A stretch of DNA of 63,549 nt, the filler included, from Piptocephalis cylindrospora (Eukaryota): the NCBI GenBank assembly GCA_003614145.1. It is 22 parts of 22 records of this genome, joined end to end, with 100 filler letters (N's around TTAATTAATTAA, not from the genome) between each part and the next. Parts side by side here need not be neighbours in the genome. Positions count along the whole stretch, not along the records: positions 1 to 2,824 come from KZ988839.1; positions 2,925 to 5,746 come from KZ988840.1; positions 5,847 to 8,667 come from KZ988841.1; positions 8,768 to 11,588 come from KZ988842.1; 18 more parts are not named here. One strand, given 5' to 3'. Shown here piece after piece: positions 1 to 10,898 of the stretch. The translations under genes and the position numbers were made by a program. The notes under the pieces were generated by a model. It did no database searches, was not told the DNA's origin, and worked only from the letters and a program-made list of their open reading frames with translations. Position 1 is the stretch's first letter. Every line of letters begins with the position of its first letter.

Positions 1-405
1 TGCTCAGGCCTCGGAGTTGACACCATCGCCTTGCCATGCCCCCCTGACTATTCTTTCCTAGTCACTTTTCATGAATTTTTAAAATTAAACAAATTACTCT
101 TCATTTAGATATTTGCATGGGACATTGAGGGTAGAGAGAAGTACGAAATTGAAGATTGGAAGGCTCATTGTCTATATCCTAATTGATTATGCATGGATTC
201 ATGGAGAAGCCTTGGAATATCCATTGATCACTTTGTCCATCCGTATTTCCCACTTTAGAGCTACAATGCTATCATGCTTAATGGCATGCCTTTACAAAAA
301 GAGAGTAATGGAAAACATGATTAACGTTGTTCAGTTCTTCTTCACAGAACATACTCGTCTCTCACTCTTCCTTGTCAAGGACGATGGTCATTGTGAAGAT
401 GAACT

Positions 406-1038
406 TTAGGACTGAACCTGCAGGTAATTTGGGTTCTTGTTGAGGAACTGCTGGACCGTATCGGGATGCTGTGCACTACGGCTTACAACCGTGGCCCAGG
501 GCGTGTTGAGCGGTAATGGATCGGGAATGGCGTTGCGGACGAGGAGGGAAATGCACCTCTTGGTCACATCTCCTTGGGAACAGCCTTTTCCATTCTCTAG
601 GGAAAAGTACTGGGAGTAGTAAAGTTGCGATTCCTTGTAGGCGTATTCTTTGGCCGCTGTGTCATTCCAAAAGCTGGTGAAAGTGACGCGATAGTAGGGG
701 GCAAGTTGCAAGTAAGCCTTGGAAAGGTCTTCGGGTCTTCCTTCGAATCCTGTGGTCTTGCCAGGTCGGCAGTAAAAGTGATTGTTGGATTCATTGGACA
801 GAATCTGGCAGTCAGGATGGGGCTTTCCCTTGTTCTTTACCGGATAATCCCAGTAGTGTTGGGCGCAGCTCACCATGTCAGTGCACTGAGTGGGTGCGTT
901 TCCCGCATTTCTCGCTGCTTGTTGAGTGGGATTTGCTTGCTGGACCATGTTACTCTGCTGGCCCTCCACAAAGCCCGAGCCAGCGAGGCAAAGGGCCATC
1001 AAGGCTATGGCAGTCGTGAAGTCAGTCAGACGAGTCAT
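406..1038 (-). CDS. Orphan secreted Cys-containing protein (~210 aa)
   Basis: ATG at 1038 (MTRLTDFTTAIALMALCLAGSGFVEG, signal-peptide-like), Gln-rich linker, six Cys in the mature part, no intron needed; family not recognised. Confidence 0.7.
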   Translation of the reverse strand: MTRLTDFTTAIALMALCLAGSGFVEGQQSNMVQQANPTQQAARNAGNAPTQCTDMVSCAQHYWDYPVKNKGKPHPDCQILSNESNNHFYCRPGKTTGFEGRPEDLSKAYLQLAPYYRVTFTSFWNDTAAKEYAYKESQLYYSQYFSLENGKGCSQGDVTKRCISLLVRNAIPDPLPLNTPWATVVSRSAQHPDTVQQFLNKNPNYLQVQS

Positions 1039-2236
1039 TGCAAGGGTTGATGTCTGGGCGAGGGAGGGAGGCAAGGGAGATGAAGGAGGAGGGATGGAGA
1101 TAAGGGAGGTGGCGAGGATGAGGATGTGAGGATGAGGAGGCGGACGGTGGAGGAGGCACCGGGAAAGGCAGTCTGATGGAAGGGTGATGCAAGGAGAGGA
1201 CGAGACCAAGCGTGTATGGAGAGGAGATGAAGGAGGGAGAAAATGATGGAATGAGAGAAGATGAATGTTGAGAATCGACTCATCCTTCCTTCTCCATACT
1301 TAAATAATCATGGCTTCTCTCTCACTCACCAGGTCTTAGCATGGTCTGGCCAAGGTGAGTTGGTCGGAGTTGGATCATCTCCCTCTGAGGCTCACTCTTA
1401 TTTACTGATATCTCCAAAATAGAGGCGGAGCTTCAATGGATTTGTCGGAGTCTACCCTTAGTGCATCAGTCTAAGGGTATCTCTGGTCGGGCGGCGGAGT
1501 GTGAACTCCCCAGAGTCACCAGTACCAGCAAGGTGGCTGGACACTGGACGTCTTCATCCCCCCCCCCCTTTCCGCCCTTCATAGCCATCCTGTTATGCTC
1601 AGGCCTCGGAGTTGACACCATCGCCTTGCCATGCCCCCCTGACTATTCTTGCCTGGGAGGTCTGCGAAATTCCCACCCGTGTTCAGTTCGTGACCCCACT
1701 TATTGTTCATCCTTTGAGGGTGAAGATCCTGATGGGTGGGAGATACAGAGAGCTGGTGTTTAAAGCCGGGTCACTACCACTTCAAGCGGTAGGATGGACC
1801 CGGACAGATCTTGATGTCTTGAGAGAACCCCCTGCACACGCATTCCATCAGTCCCCATCCACTTCCATCCACCTCGCCATTTCCCCGCATCTACCTCCTA
1901 GTATCATCCTAAATCTCCATCAGATGGGGGGCCCTTTCAGCATCATTCCCTTTTCATTTGTCCATCTCCGACCTGCGTTCCAAGAGGCTCACTTTAACTC
2001 AGCCCCTTTATTCCTTTCTCCCTCTCCACCTCGCTTCTATTCACACCAGTGTATATGAACCCAAACTTTAGCCTATCCTACCGCTACCTAGTCAACCAGT
2101 CTCCTTCCTAAAAGGTCTTCCCCCCCCGTCACCACACTCTCGATCCCACTTGTCTTTCTTATACCCTCTCTCTCCATTCCAACGTCATAGTACCTGTCTT
2201 CAGCACCCGTCACTCGTCGCTTTCTTCAAAGACCTC

Positions 2237-2824
2237 ATGAGTGCATCTGATCCTGATCAGGGCTTGCAGCTCTGTCGTGCTGCCATTACCAATAATCTAG
2301 ACCTGGCTCGTCATCTCCTCGCCCTCCCCGAGGTCGATGCAAACACTGGGGCTCTCTGGAGGGTCTCGGACACCCCAGCTCCCTTCTCCCCCCCAGTTAC
2401 CCCAGGGTTCATCGAGGAGTGTCAGTATCACGCCCTGCCCCTTCACCTCGCTACCCTGGCTGGTCACGTGGAAATGGTCGCCTTGTTGGTTGATGCCGGA
2501 GCCGATCCCAATGAGGTGGATGGACGGGAGAGGTCTGCCCTCTTATGTGCCATCTATGGGCTGGACACCCTCCGGGCTACTCAAGCTACTCTGGATTACC
2601 TTACTCTGGAACATCCGTCCCATCTTACCATCCTTCAAGATCCTCTCCTTTCCCATCCCCGACTCAGCTCTCGATCCTTGCATGCCCCTCAGGACGCCGT
2701 CCTTGGCCTGACTCTCGCTTGCCTCGCTGCCTACCTGGATAAACCTCGGGTCCTAGAGCTACTTTTAACCGTTGGGCGAGTGGAGCCAGACGGTCGGGAC
2801 TGGAACGATGCCACCGCTCTCCTC
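2237..2824 (+). CDS. Ankyrin-repeat protein, 3'-truncated
   Basis: ANK motifs PLHLATLAGHVEMVALLVDAGADPN, SALLCAI and LACLAAYLDKPRVLELLL; open to the contig end. Confidence 0.9.
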
Positions 2825-2924
2825 NNNNNNNNNNNNNNNNNNNNNNNNNNNNNNNNNNNNNNNNNNNNTTAATTAATTAANNNNNNNNNNNNNNNNNNNN
2901 NNNNNNNNNNNNNNNNNNNNNNNN
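2825..2924. other. Artificial contig spacer (44 N + TTAATTAATTAA + 44 N); first of 21, recurring at 5747, 8668, 11589, 14505, 17420, 20335, 23247, 26044, 28946, 31846, 34741, 37635, 40526, 43416, 46302, 49183, 52059, 54933, 57807, 60681
   Basis: Identical 100-nt cassette with a six-frame stop palindrome every ~2.9 kb; genes are truncated at these points. Confidence 0.99.
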
Positions 2925-3065
2925 TGCCTAATCGTGTCCCAAGTTTCCCTGATTGCTCTCAGAGACTCTTGTGGTGGAGGACGTTTCTTCGGGTGAAGGT
3001 AGGATTCAGGGCTCTGTAGTATTCATCCATCTCTTCTTTAGCATAGGGTACACGTCGGGAACATA

Positions 3066-3166
3066 GTGCTCCTGGTACCACGCATGCCAGCTACCTTAGC
3101 AGACATTGTGTTCGGATGCCCATCCACCTACCTCATTGGGGAAAATAAAATGGCTTCATCTTCATC
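3066..3166. repeat. Dispersed ~100-bp repeat, copy A
   Basis: Aligns by eye with 15812-15913 (cctggta..atgccagcta.cttagcagaca.tgtgttcggatgcccat.cacctacc...ggggaaa.taaaatggcttcatc); short related patch at ~7397-7417. Confidence 0.8.
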
Positions 3167-4240
3167 TTGAAACGGTCCCACCACGGGGCACATGCTCAAG
3201 AATAGCTTAATGTAGGGGCGCGGTGACCTGAGATAGACTTGAGAAAAAAATGTAAAAAAGAAAGAGAAATGGAAGAACGAACCTAAGAGTGGGATGGACC
3301 CCTTTTTCTCATCACCTTAAATGCTTCCATCCCTTAATCTACGCCTCTAGTTGATCCTTGATTTCCTTGGCTAAATCATCTAGGCGATCTCATCTAGGCT
3401 GTTGCACAAGAATGGATCGAATAAAAAATAAACTGGGAAAACAATATTCCCCTAAACCTGCGAGTTTTTAGGAAAGCGTGGATATTTCATAGATAATCCC
3501 CAATATTGACTAGATACCTCACCTGATAATTCATCTGGTACGCAAGTACTGTCCCAAGTAGCCATTGGGCACACCGGTATTTAGTGTCTCCCATGATTAT
3601 AGATCAAAGGCTTATCCAATCATCCGGCCTTGTGAAGAAAGGATAATGGGATGGGGTATTGGTTATATTCTTGGGTAAATCGACCCATTGACCCTTCTAG
3701 CTGGAATGCCCCTGGGCCATTGACACTTCTAAACAGAAGACATACTCTTTCCGAGCCTACTTTATAAGAATCGGAATCTGCCAAAGCCACTCCGCTCGTA
3801 CAGCTCTTGGGATTCTGATTGGATCAAAGCCCCACACCGTAGAAGGGAAGGATCGAAGCCTTACCATTTTAGGAAAACCCTGGGACCAACGATTTTTGCA
3901 GATACCACAGCTAAGCCTCATTCGATAGATCCTTTAAGCCAAGACAGTCTCGTCGAAAATCACATTTGCTTAATGCTTGTCCATCTTCTACGATCTTGTT
4001 CCTTGATGGAGGGGAGGGGGAGAGGGAGAGGGAACTTTCCCGCTCAAGGAATAATAAAAACCTGGGAAAATAGTCTATAAAAAGGGGCCGCCTCTTGGAA
4101 GGTAAAAGGGTGAGATATGCACTTTTGTTTCCATATAAGCCTACATCACCCATTTCTCATTCATTTTTATATCCCTCCACCATCCTTCCTATCGCCGTCG
4201 TTTTCATTAATCAACCAAAGCTACACTTCACACTCCGCAC

Positions 4241-5377
4241 ATGTCATTATCCATCACTCGATCATTAACTTTGTTTTCTGTTGGCGCCTTGGTACTATGG
4301 ACAATGCCTGTCATGTCCCATGGTCCTGGTGGCCAGATTCTCGGGAGTGCTACAGACGGTGACCTTGGAGCTAGCGATGGGAATGTCGTGGCTAAAGGAA
4401 GTATTGGTCTGGCCTTTGGTCTCACCGCCATCGCCTGTGCATGCTCCATGATCGGGTCTCTTCTTCCTTTTCTGGACGTTATCTTACCAAAGTACTCTCG
4501 TTTTCGCGATTTCCGTATCACCGAATCCAAGGGCTTCATTTCTGGAATGCTTGGATTTGCCGCTGGGGTTCTTCTCTATCTAGTCCTGGGTGACCTGTAC
4601 TCCGAGGCTGGCCACAACTGGGGTGGATCTGCGGCGGCTTCAGAGAAGACCGGGGCTATCATTGCATGGGGATGGATGGCAGGGACCATCGTAATTCTTT
4701 TAGCTATCAAGGCTTTCTTTGCACGTCGTCATGCCAGAAAGAACCTCGTGGAATCGGACTCTTTTAAAGGGGCTCACGAGGTTGCCAATGTCCCAATCGA
4801 GAAGGATTTGGAAGCAGATGTGGGCATGCGAAATGCGCAGCTCCAGGAGGAGGCTGTCCGTATCACCGAGGTCCATGGGCACAACCCGCACTTCCGAAAG
4901 CCATCCACCACTGACTTTGGTCGGCTTGGAGCTGAAATTGCCATCGCCCTCGCCATCCACAATTTCCCTGAAGGCCTCTCCACGTTTGCTGCAACCCTGG
5001 TCAACGCCCGTATTGGCGTCCTCTACGGGATTGCCCTAGCTTTACACAAGATCCCCGAGGGAATGATGATGGCCCTACCCATTTACCTTGCCACAGGCTC
5101 CCGGTGGAAGGCATTTGCCATTGCCGCTATCGTAGGGGCAGTCGCTCAGATGCTTGGGGCTGTCCTGGGGTATGCACTCTTTGTCACCTATTGGAACTCG
5201 GCGGTATCGGGCACTCTATTTGCCGTCTCATCCGGTATGCTCTTGGTCACGGTCCTCTCGAATATGATCCCCCTGGCTCGTCGATACGATGAGAGTGACA
5301 AGTATACCTCCAAATTCATCCTCCTTGGAATTATCTTCTTCTCCTTTGTTGCCTCTCTCTTTACCCTTGCCGACTAG
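4241..5377 (+). CDS. ZIP-family (ZupT/Zrt3-like) zinc/iron transporter
   Basis: Multiple TM helices, metal-binding motifs HNFPEG and HKIPEG, His-containing loop; complete intronless 378-aa ORF. Confidence 0.95.
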   Translation: MSLSITRSLTLFSVGALVLWTMPVMSHGPGGQILGSATDGDLGASDGNVVAKGSIGLAFGLTAIACACSMIGSLLPFLDVILPKYSRFRDFRITESKGFISGMLGFAAGVLLYLVLGDLYSEAGHNWGGSAAASEKTGAIIAWGWMAGTIVILLAIKAFFARRHARKNLVESDSFKGAHEVANVPIEKDLEADVGMRNAQLQEEAVRITEVHGHNPHFRKPSTTDFGRLGAEIAIALAIHNFPEGLSTFAATLVNARIGVLYGIALALHKIPEGMMMALPIYLATGSRWKAFAIAAIVGAVAQMLGAVLGYALFVTYWNSAVSGTLFAVSSGMLLVTVLSNMIPLARRYDESDKYTSKFILLGIIFFSFVASLFTLAD

Positions 5378-5920
5378 ACGAGGGTGATCAATGCGAGCAG
5401 CTAAACAATATGCTCTCTAGGAATACATCATTTTTCGTCTTGTCTGAGTGGGTCGTTTGGCTTTTGAATACTCGAAACTATGCGAACCATCTAGGGAAAC
5501 ATCCCCCGATCATAATGATTACAGTCGCTTGAGGCATATCCTATATATGGCTCCTCCTCGAAAGCATCTGGGGGGGGGGGGGGGGGGGGGGGTTTCCCCC
5601 AATGGAAAAAAGGGCCCACAAAAAAAACAACGAAGAAAAATTCGAACAAAAGAAATAAAAACGACGGGTGAGGTTAGGGGGAACCAATTACTAGGCTAAA
5701 ACTCAACAAAACGATCACAGGATAATGTAACCAATGATGCTGGAACNNNNNNNNNNNNNNNNNNNNNNNNNNNNNNNNNNNNNNNNNNNNTTAATTAATT
5801 AANNNNNNNNNNNNNNNNNNNNNNNNNNNNNNNNNNNNNNNNNNNNATGAAAATGCGACGAAATGAGTCCTGATAGCAGAGGTAGGGAAGCCTCATACAT
5901 GATAATGCAAGGATCCTTAC

Positions 5921-6607
5921 CATCTCATCCCCGAGGATACCACCAGCACGTTGTAGATGCAACTCCCAGAGCCACTGAACACATACTCTTTGATAATCAA
6001 AAAGACGCTCATGCAGGTCCCCAGGCAACCTGTACCGCTCATCAATGCGCGCATCATCCTTTTCAGGATGACTGAGGGCATATGGAGCAGACAGGGAAGG
6101 GGGTCTGGGGATGTCCTTGTATCTGTCTTGCAACCATTTCTCCAGTCGGTGCTAAGGTGAGAGGTAGAAATTATTACACATAGCTCTTCTAAAGAGCTCA
6201 TTCTATCCCCAGTCAAGAGGATATGAAAAACTTACCTTGAACCGATTTTCACTACCATCATCAGTAATGTGTATGTATGGATCCTCTTCTGCTTCCTCTG
6301 CTTCTTCTACTTCTCCCATTGCCTTGGACCCCAAGTCAACTCGGGAGCGTTTGATCAAGGTGACACGGGAAGCCTTTTTTCTCTTTTTTGGCCTTTCCTC
6401 TTCCTCGTCATATTCTGAATCCTCCGGATAGTCATCCTTGTCACCCTCACTATCATCCGTATTCCCTTGGATCCACTCGTCGTCATGGTCAGAGTCCGAG
6501 TCATTATGGCTGCTGGCTGAAGAGGAGGAAGAGGATGGATCTTTGGTCTGATTGACTGCTATTACCTGGGGGTATCCAGACGAAGTGTCTTTTGCAGGAG
6601 ATGCCAT
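5921..6607 (-). CDS. RAD26: Rad26/ERCC6 (CSB) SNF2 ATPase, N-terminal fragment; exons 6607-6236 and 6151-5921, further upstream exons possible
   Basis: Spliced DDGSENRFK|HRLEKW followed by LFDYQRVCVQWLWELHLQRAGGILGDEM (lead-in to SNF2 motif I); GT-AG intron 6235-6152; next donor at 5920. Confidence 0.88.
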
Positions 6608-7887
6608 TGTAAGTTGAAGACAGATGTCCAGGCTAGGAAGAGAAGAGAGTGATACAGGGTAGATTCTAGGGGATGTGAAACTTGATACTCAACAAGAACC
6701 TAGGCAGGTGCTTGTCTGAGTCTGGGAGAAGAAGATAGGAGGAAGAGTGATGGTACCCTCAGACGACCTTAGGAAGGCCCCCATAAACATACACAGAGCA
6801 TGGATGACGAAATACTCAATCACAAAACTCCCCAGTCAAGCTGGGCATGTCCACCAAATTGGCTAGTCCTTTTGGGAGGGCTACGAGTTTACTATTACGC
6901 CTCCCGCTAGTAAGGGCCCATATTTTAGATCCAGGGCCAGAAGAAAAGAAAGACCAGTTAGAGAGATATCCAGTAACGGAATCCCTTTGGGATAAATCCT
7001 GATCAAAGGAAACAAGGCTACTCCAGTGGCAAAAACAACTTTTGAATCATTTATCCTCAATTCCTTAAACAGATAAGTAAAATTTGAATAGCTACACCTC
7101 TCCATGACATAAATTCTTCTTGATTATATGGGCAAGAATGGGGTAGATGGTTGATTGGTCAATGGCAATTGCAGATTACGACGGGCGATTAGACATTAGA
7201 TGCAATTCAAATTCACCTAACTGGTTTACTTTATACTCGAGCCTAATGAGGTAAACGTGCTGGAGATATGCTTATCGCTTTTGCCTTTTAGTGCCGTTTG
7301 CAAAAATAAACGGGGATGATGGGAAGGGTAGCTCGCTTTTCACAGGCCCGGCCGAATGAGGCGGGTGTTGTGTACGAATGTCTTTAGGGCCTGCTCCATT
7401 GGGGAAAATAAAATGGTTTCGACAACAGGGTAGCTCACCTTTCCTATCCATCCTTTGAGAGCCCTTTGAAAAGATCGCATGGACACGACACGATTCCCAG
7501 AAATCCCAAGTCACGAAAAGCATGACTCCGCTATGAAAAAAGTAAAAACGGTCAATTTATGTGCTTCAAATTAATGACTCAGCCATCGGAAAAGCTGCCC
7601 CAAATCTACTAAAATGGATATGGGTATCAATCTGTGGCGTAGATTTCGAGTATCCGAGATGGCAAGGATTATAAGAACCCTGTTTAAGCATGGTCCCTTT
7701 CTTCACCAGAAACTAAAAACAACACCACGAACAACCGATAAACCTTCTTTACCTTAAATAAACATCATCGACGCCTCCATTCCTGACATAGCGGCTCAGT
7801 GAACATCCTCTCTTTCCTCCTTCACTCTATCCTCTATCCTCCAGCGTCCGAGCCAAAGTGGGCTTCCATCACGGATAAGGGCTGCCT

Positions 7888-8667
7888 ATGCGGGTGCTAA
7901 CGATATTGGCAGGAGCTCGGTTTCCACCCCGATTTCTCATCCCTCGCCTGGTCCACACAAGACCTCAACCTCCTACCTATGCCCCGGAGGAGGTTCGAGT
8001 TATGGTGGATCAGCTGAACGAAGCAGTATCTATCGGATCAGTACCACAGACCCTACATCGCCTTTCTCAACTACCGTCGCGCCATCCGCTGCCCTACTCC
8101 ATGCTCTATAAGCTCATTTCCCTACTTCGTCGCGTTCCACGGAATCAAAGACCTCTCGGTTTATCAGAAGCTGTACTGGATATGTTGAATCGACATCCCA
8201 AACCTCCTTTCGATCTTTTTCGCACCGTGCTGGCAGCCACTTGGTCACCAAAGGCATTGAAAAGCATCCATGAACGATACGTGGCATCAGGCCACAATCC
8301 GCACTGTTCAATCTTTAATCTCCAGCTGGTCCGAAGATACGGTGATTTGGAGGCGTTGGAAGAGGCAAAGGATGTGTATATATCCCAATGTCAGGCTAAT
8401 ACTGGCCATCTGGATCCAGATCTCCTAGTCGCCTTAATTCGTGCCTATGTCCGAGCAGGAAAGGGCTTTCATTCTATAGAAGATGTACTGAGTCATTGGA
8501 TTGCCCACAATCCTCAATCCTCCTCGGCCTACCCGCTAAAGGCATACCCATGGATCTTACGGGCCATGTCATATGGTCCATCTAGCCAGCTCATCCGTAC
8601 CCTCTTTCCCTACGCTTCCCCCTCCTCCTGCCCTTCTTTCTCCTCAATTACTCCTCGCATCAGCCAT
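7888..8667 (+). CDS. Probable mitochondrial PPR-like helical-repeat protein, 3'-truncated
   Basis: Arg-rich, acid-free N-terminus; PPR-like segments (LVRRYGDLEALEEAKDVY, LLVALIRAYVRAG); 260 open codons. Confidence 0.55.
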
Positions 8668-9526
8668 NNNNNNNNNNNNNNNNNNNNNNNNNNNNNNNNN
8701 NNNNNNNNNNNTTAATTAATTAANNNNNNNNNNNNNNNNNNNNNNNNNNNNNNNNNNNNNNNNNNNNCCCCCCCCCCCCCCCCCCCCCCCCCGCAATGAA
8801 TTTCTTTGGTAAGGGATCGAGCCAATACTGCTGAAAAAGTAAGGGAGGTTCGTCTGGGGGATCGGATTGCTAATCTCTCTGCCTTGAACGTTCTTGGCAC
8901 ACGCACACAACTAACAGACCAGGGATGACAAGTTCGCCTCTCCACTTCCTCATCATGCCTCACTGGTATTTTGCACGCACTTTCACGCCTCGCCCAACAA
9001 GCCCATCTCAATTCTTCTTGGCATTCCTCTTCTTCGCCTGAGGTCATCACAATGAGTCGGTAAAAAAAGACTCCGACAAAGACGGTTGATCAAGAAGAGG
9101 CTTCCATTGAGACGCGCAAAATAGACAACCACTTTCATGCTTCTTCCTTGAACATCGGATAGGGGGAGTCATCCGATTGACCATCCTCGCCGATCTTCCT
9201 TCATTGGCATCTTTCTGATAAGGTTTCAGTTGGCCTTAAATTATCAAGATATATAACGTGGGATGGATTGTCCTTAGAGGGGGATTGATTTAAATAACCT
9301 TTGAAGACAAAAAAAAGTCATCAAGTCATTTATGAAAACGTAGAGACCTCGCTTGATCTCATGTCGCGAACTTTCCCCTACAAGACACATTCGCCACTTA
9401 TAGAGAATGCATCCATGGCGGGAAAGTTCGAACATTCCAATAGAAGCTTGGGGTTAGCTGATTGTCATTCATTGCTGACTATAATTAACAAAGACATATT
9501 CTCCTCAACACCCGATGAAAGAAGCA

Positions 9527-10898
9527 TCAAAATGTTATTCCAATGCCCTCGACAGCCTCATCCTCGGGTATTTGAGCAACATAAGTGTACGAATGATAAT
9601 AGGACCTCATATCGTTGGCTTCCTCGACCATCTCAGTGATGCAATTTTCCAGCTCTATGATGCGATCAGGCGAGAGGAAAAACCGGGCCACAGGGACGAG
9701 AAGGTTATTCAGCCGAATTTTACAGCAATCACGAAGGACGCTTCCTACTGGCCCTGACCAGGACCCAAGGGGGTGTGTGTAGACTTGCCGTTGAATCTGC
9801 GTATAGCCTGCATCCTTCAGTGGTATTTGCAGAGATCGGGCCTCCAGTATATCCACATTCATCTTGCCTAGAAGCATCTGACTGTTCCAATTCACCATTC
9901 GACCGCTGCCTCCTGTACGGTGGTACTGATAATCAGTCGCATGGATTTCAATCCAGCCTCCTGGGCAGGTAATCCTTCTGCACTCCTCCAGGAACTTCTT
10001 CCATTTCCCACGATGCACTGCCAGGGAAAAATAGCAGACATGGATAAAGGAAAAGGCATGATCTGGAAATGGAAATCCTAATTAATTCAATATAAGGAAG
10101 CGTCAGCAATGTATTGGAAAGGATAGTTTGCTCCTAAGGCCCCAAGAAGAAATACATCTCCCTAAACTTACGTTTGGTGGCATCACACACGGTAAAGAGA
10201 CAGTTACTCGGTTGATTGGGATAGGGTGGAGGATTGATGATGTCAATGCCAACTACCTTGGAATTAGGCATGCTCCTGGCCATTTCCTGCATAGAACGTA
10301 GGCCATGAGTGATAAGCTCTGTGCTTCAACAGACTAATAGATACTTTATATCTACTTACAATTGACCAGATGCCACTGCCGGTTCCAACATCTAGGATGC
10401 GCGCATCAGATGAAATAGGGGCAAGGTGAAGACCTCCAATAACTGCTACATGGGCAAGGTGTAAAGCCTTTTGACTATCATTGTTGTTGTTAATAAAGAA
10501 AGAAGTTGGCGGCATAGTTTGAATACCCTGTCCGCTCCATCTTTCCTATTGAACTTAAAAACTTACCTCTCGCCCTCGGACAAATCTTCAATCGGTGTGT
10601 TTGTAGAGGGAAGGGAAGCGATGAAGCGCTTTTGATCTACATGCCTCAGCCAATCTAAATCAATCCTTTCCCCTCCTTCCTCCCCTCCTTCCTCCTCTTC
10701 CGACCATGAAAGTGAGGCATCGGAAGAGCATGTGGAGGGATCAGTACTGGGCTGCGACGAAGAAGGATTCGAAAAAAAAGGAATGATGAATGGTAAAATC
10801 ACCCTCGATTCTTCTTTGGGCTGGCTTATGCCAGGTTGATGCTGCTTTCTGGACGGATTGTGCCGACCATGCTTTTCCTTGGACGCTTGCGTTCCCAT
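9527..10898 (-). CDS. Class I SAM-dependent methyltransferase (LaeA/TAM-like), multi-exon
   Basis: Motif I RILDVGTGSGIW, then VVGIDI, FPFPDHAFSFIH and ECRRITCPGGWIEI across GT-AG introns; ATG 10898 begins MGTQAS. Confidence 0.9.

Noticed and set aside
113..409. AT-rich ORF with a kinase-like ILIDYAW...YP stretch
   Set aside because: Non-ATG start, next to a chimeric junction, and no other kinase motifs
2869..2880. TTAATTAATTAA palindrome recurring every ~2.9 kb as a biological repeat
   Set aside because: Always centred in N runs; it is an artificial six-frame-stop linker
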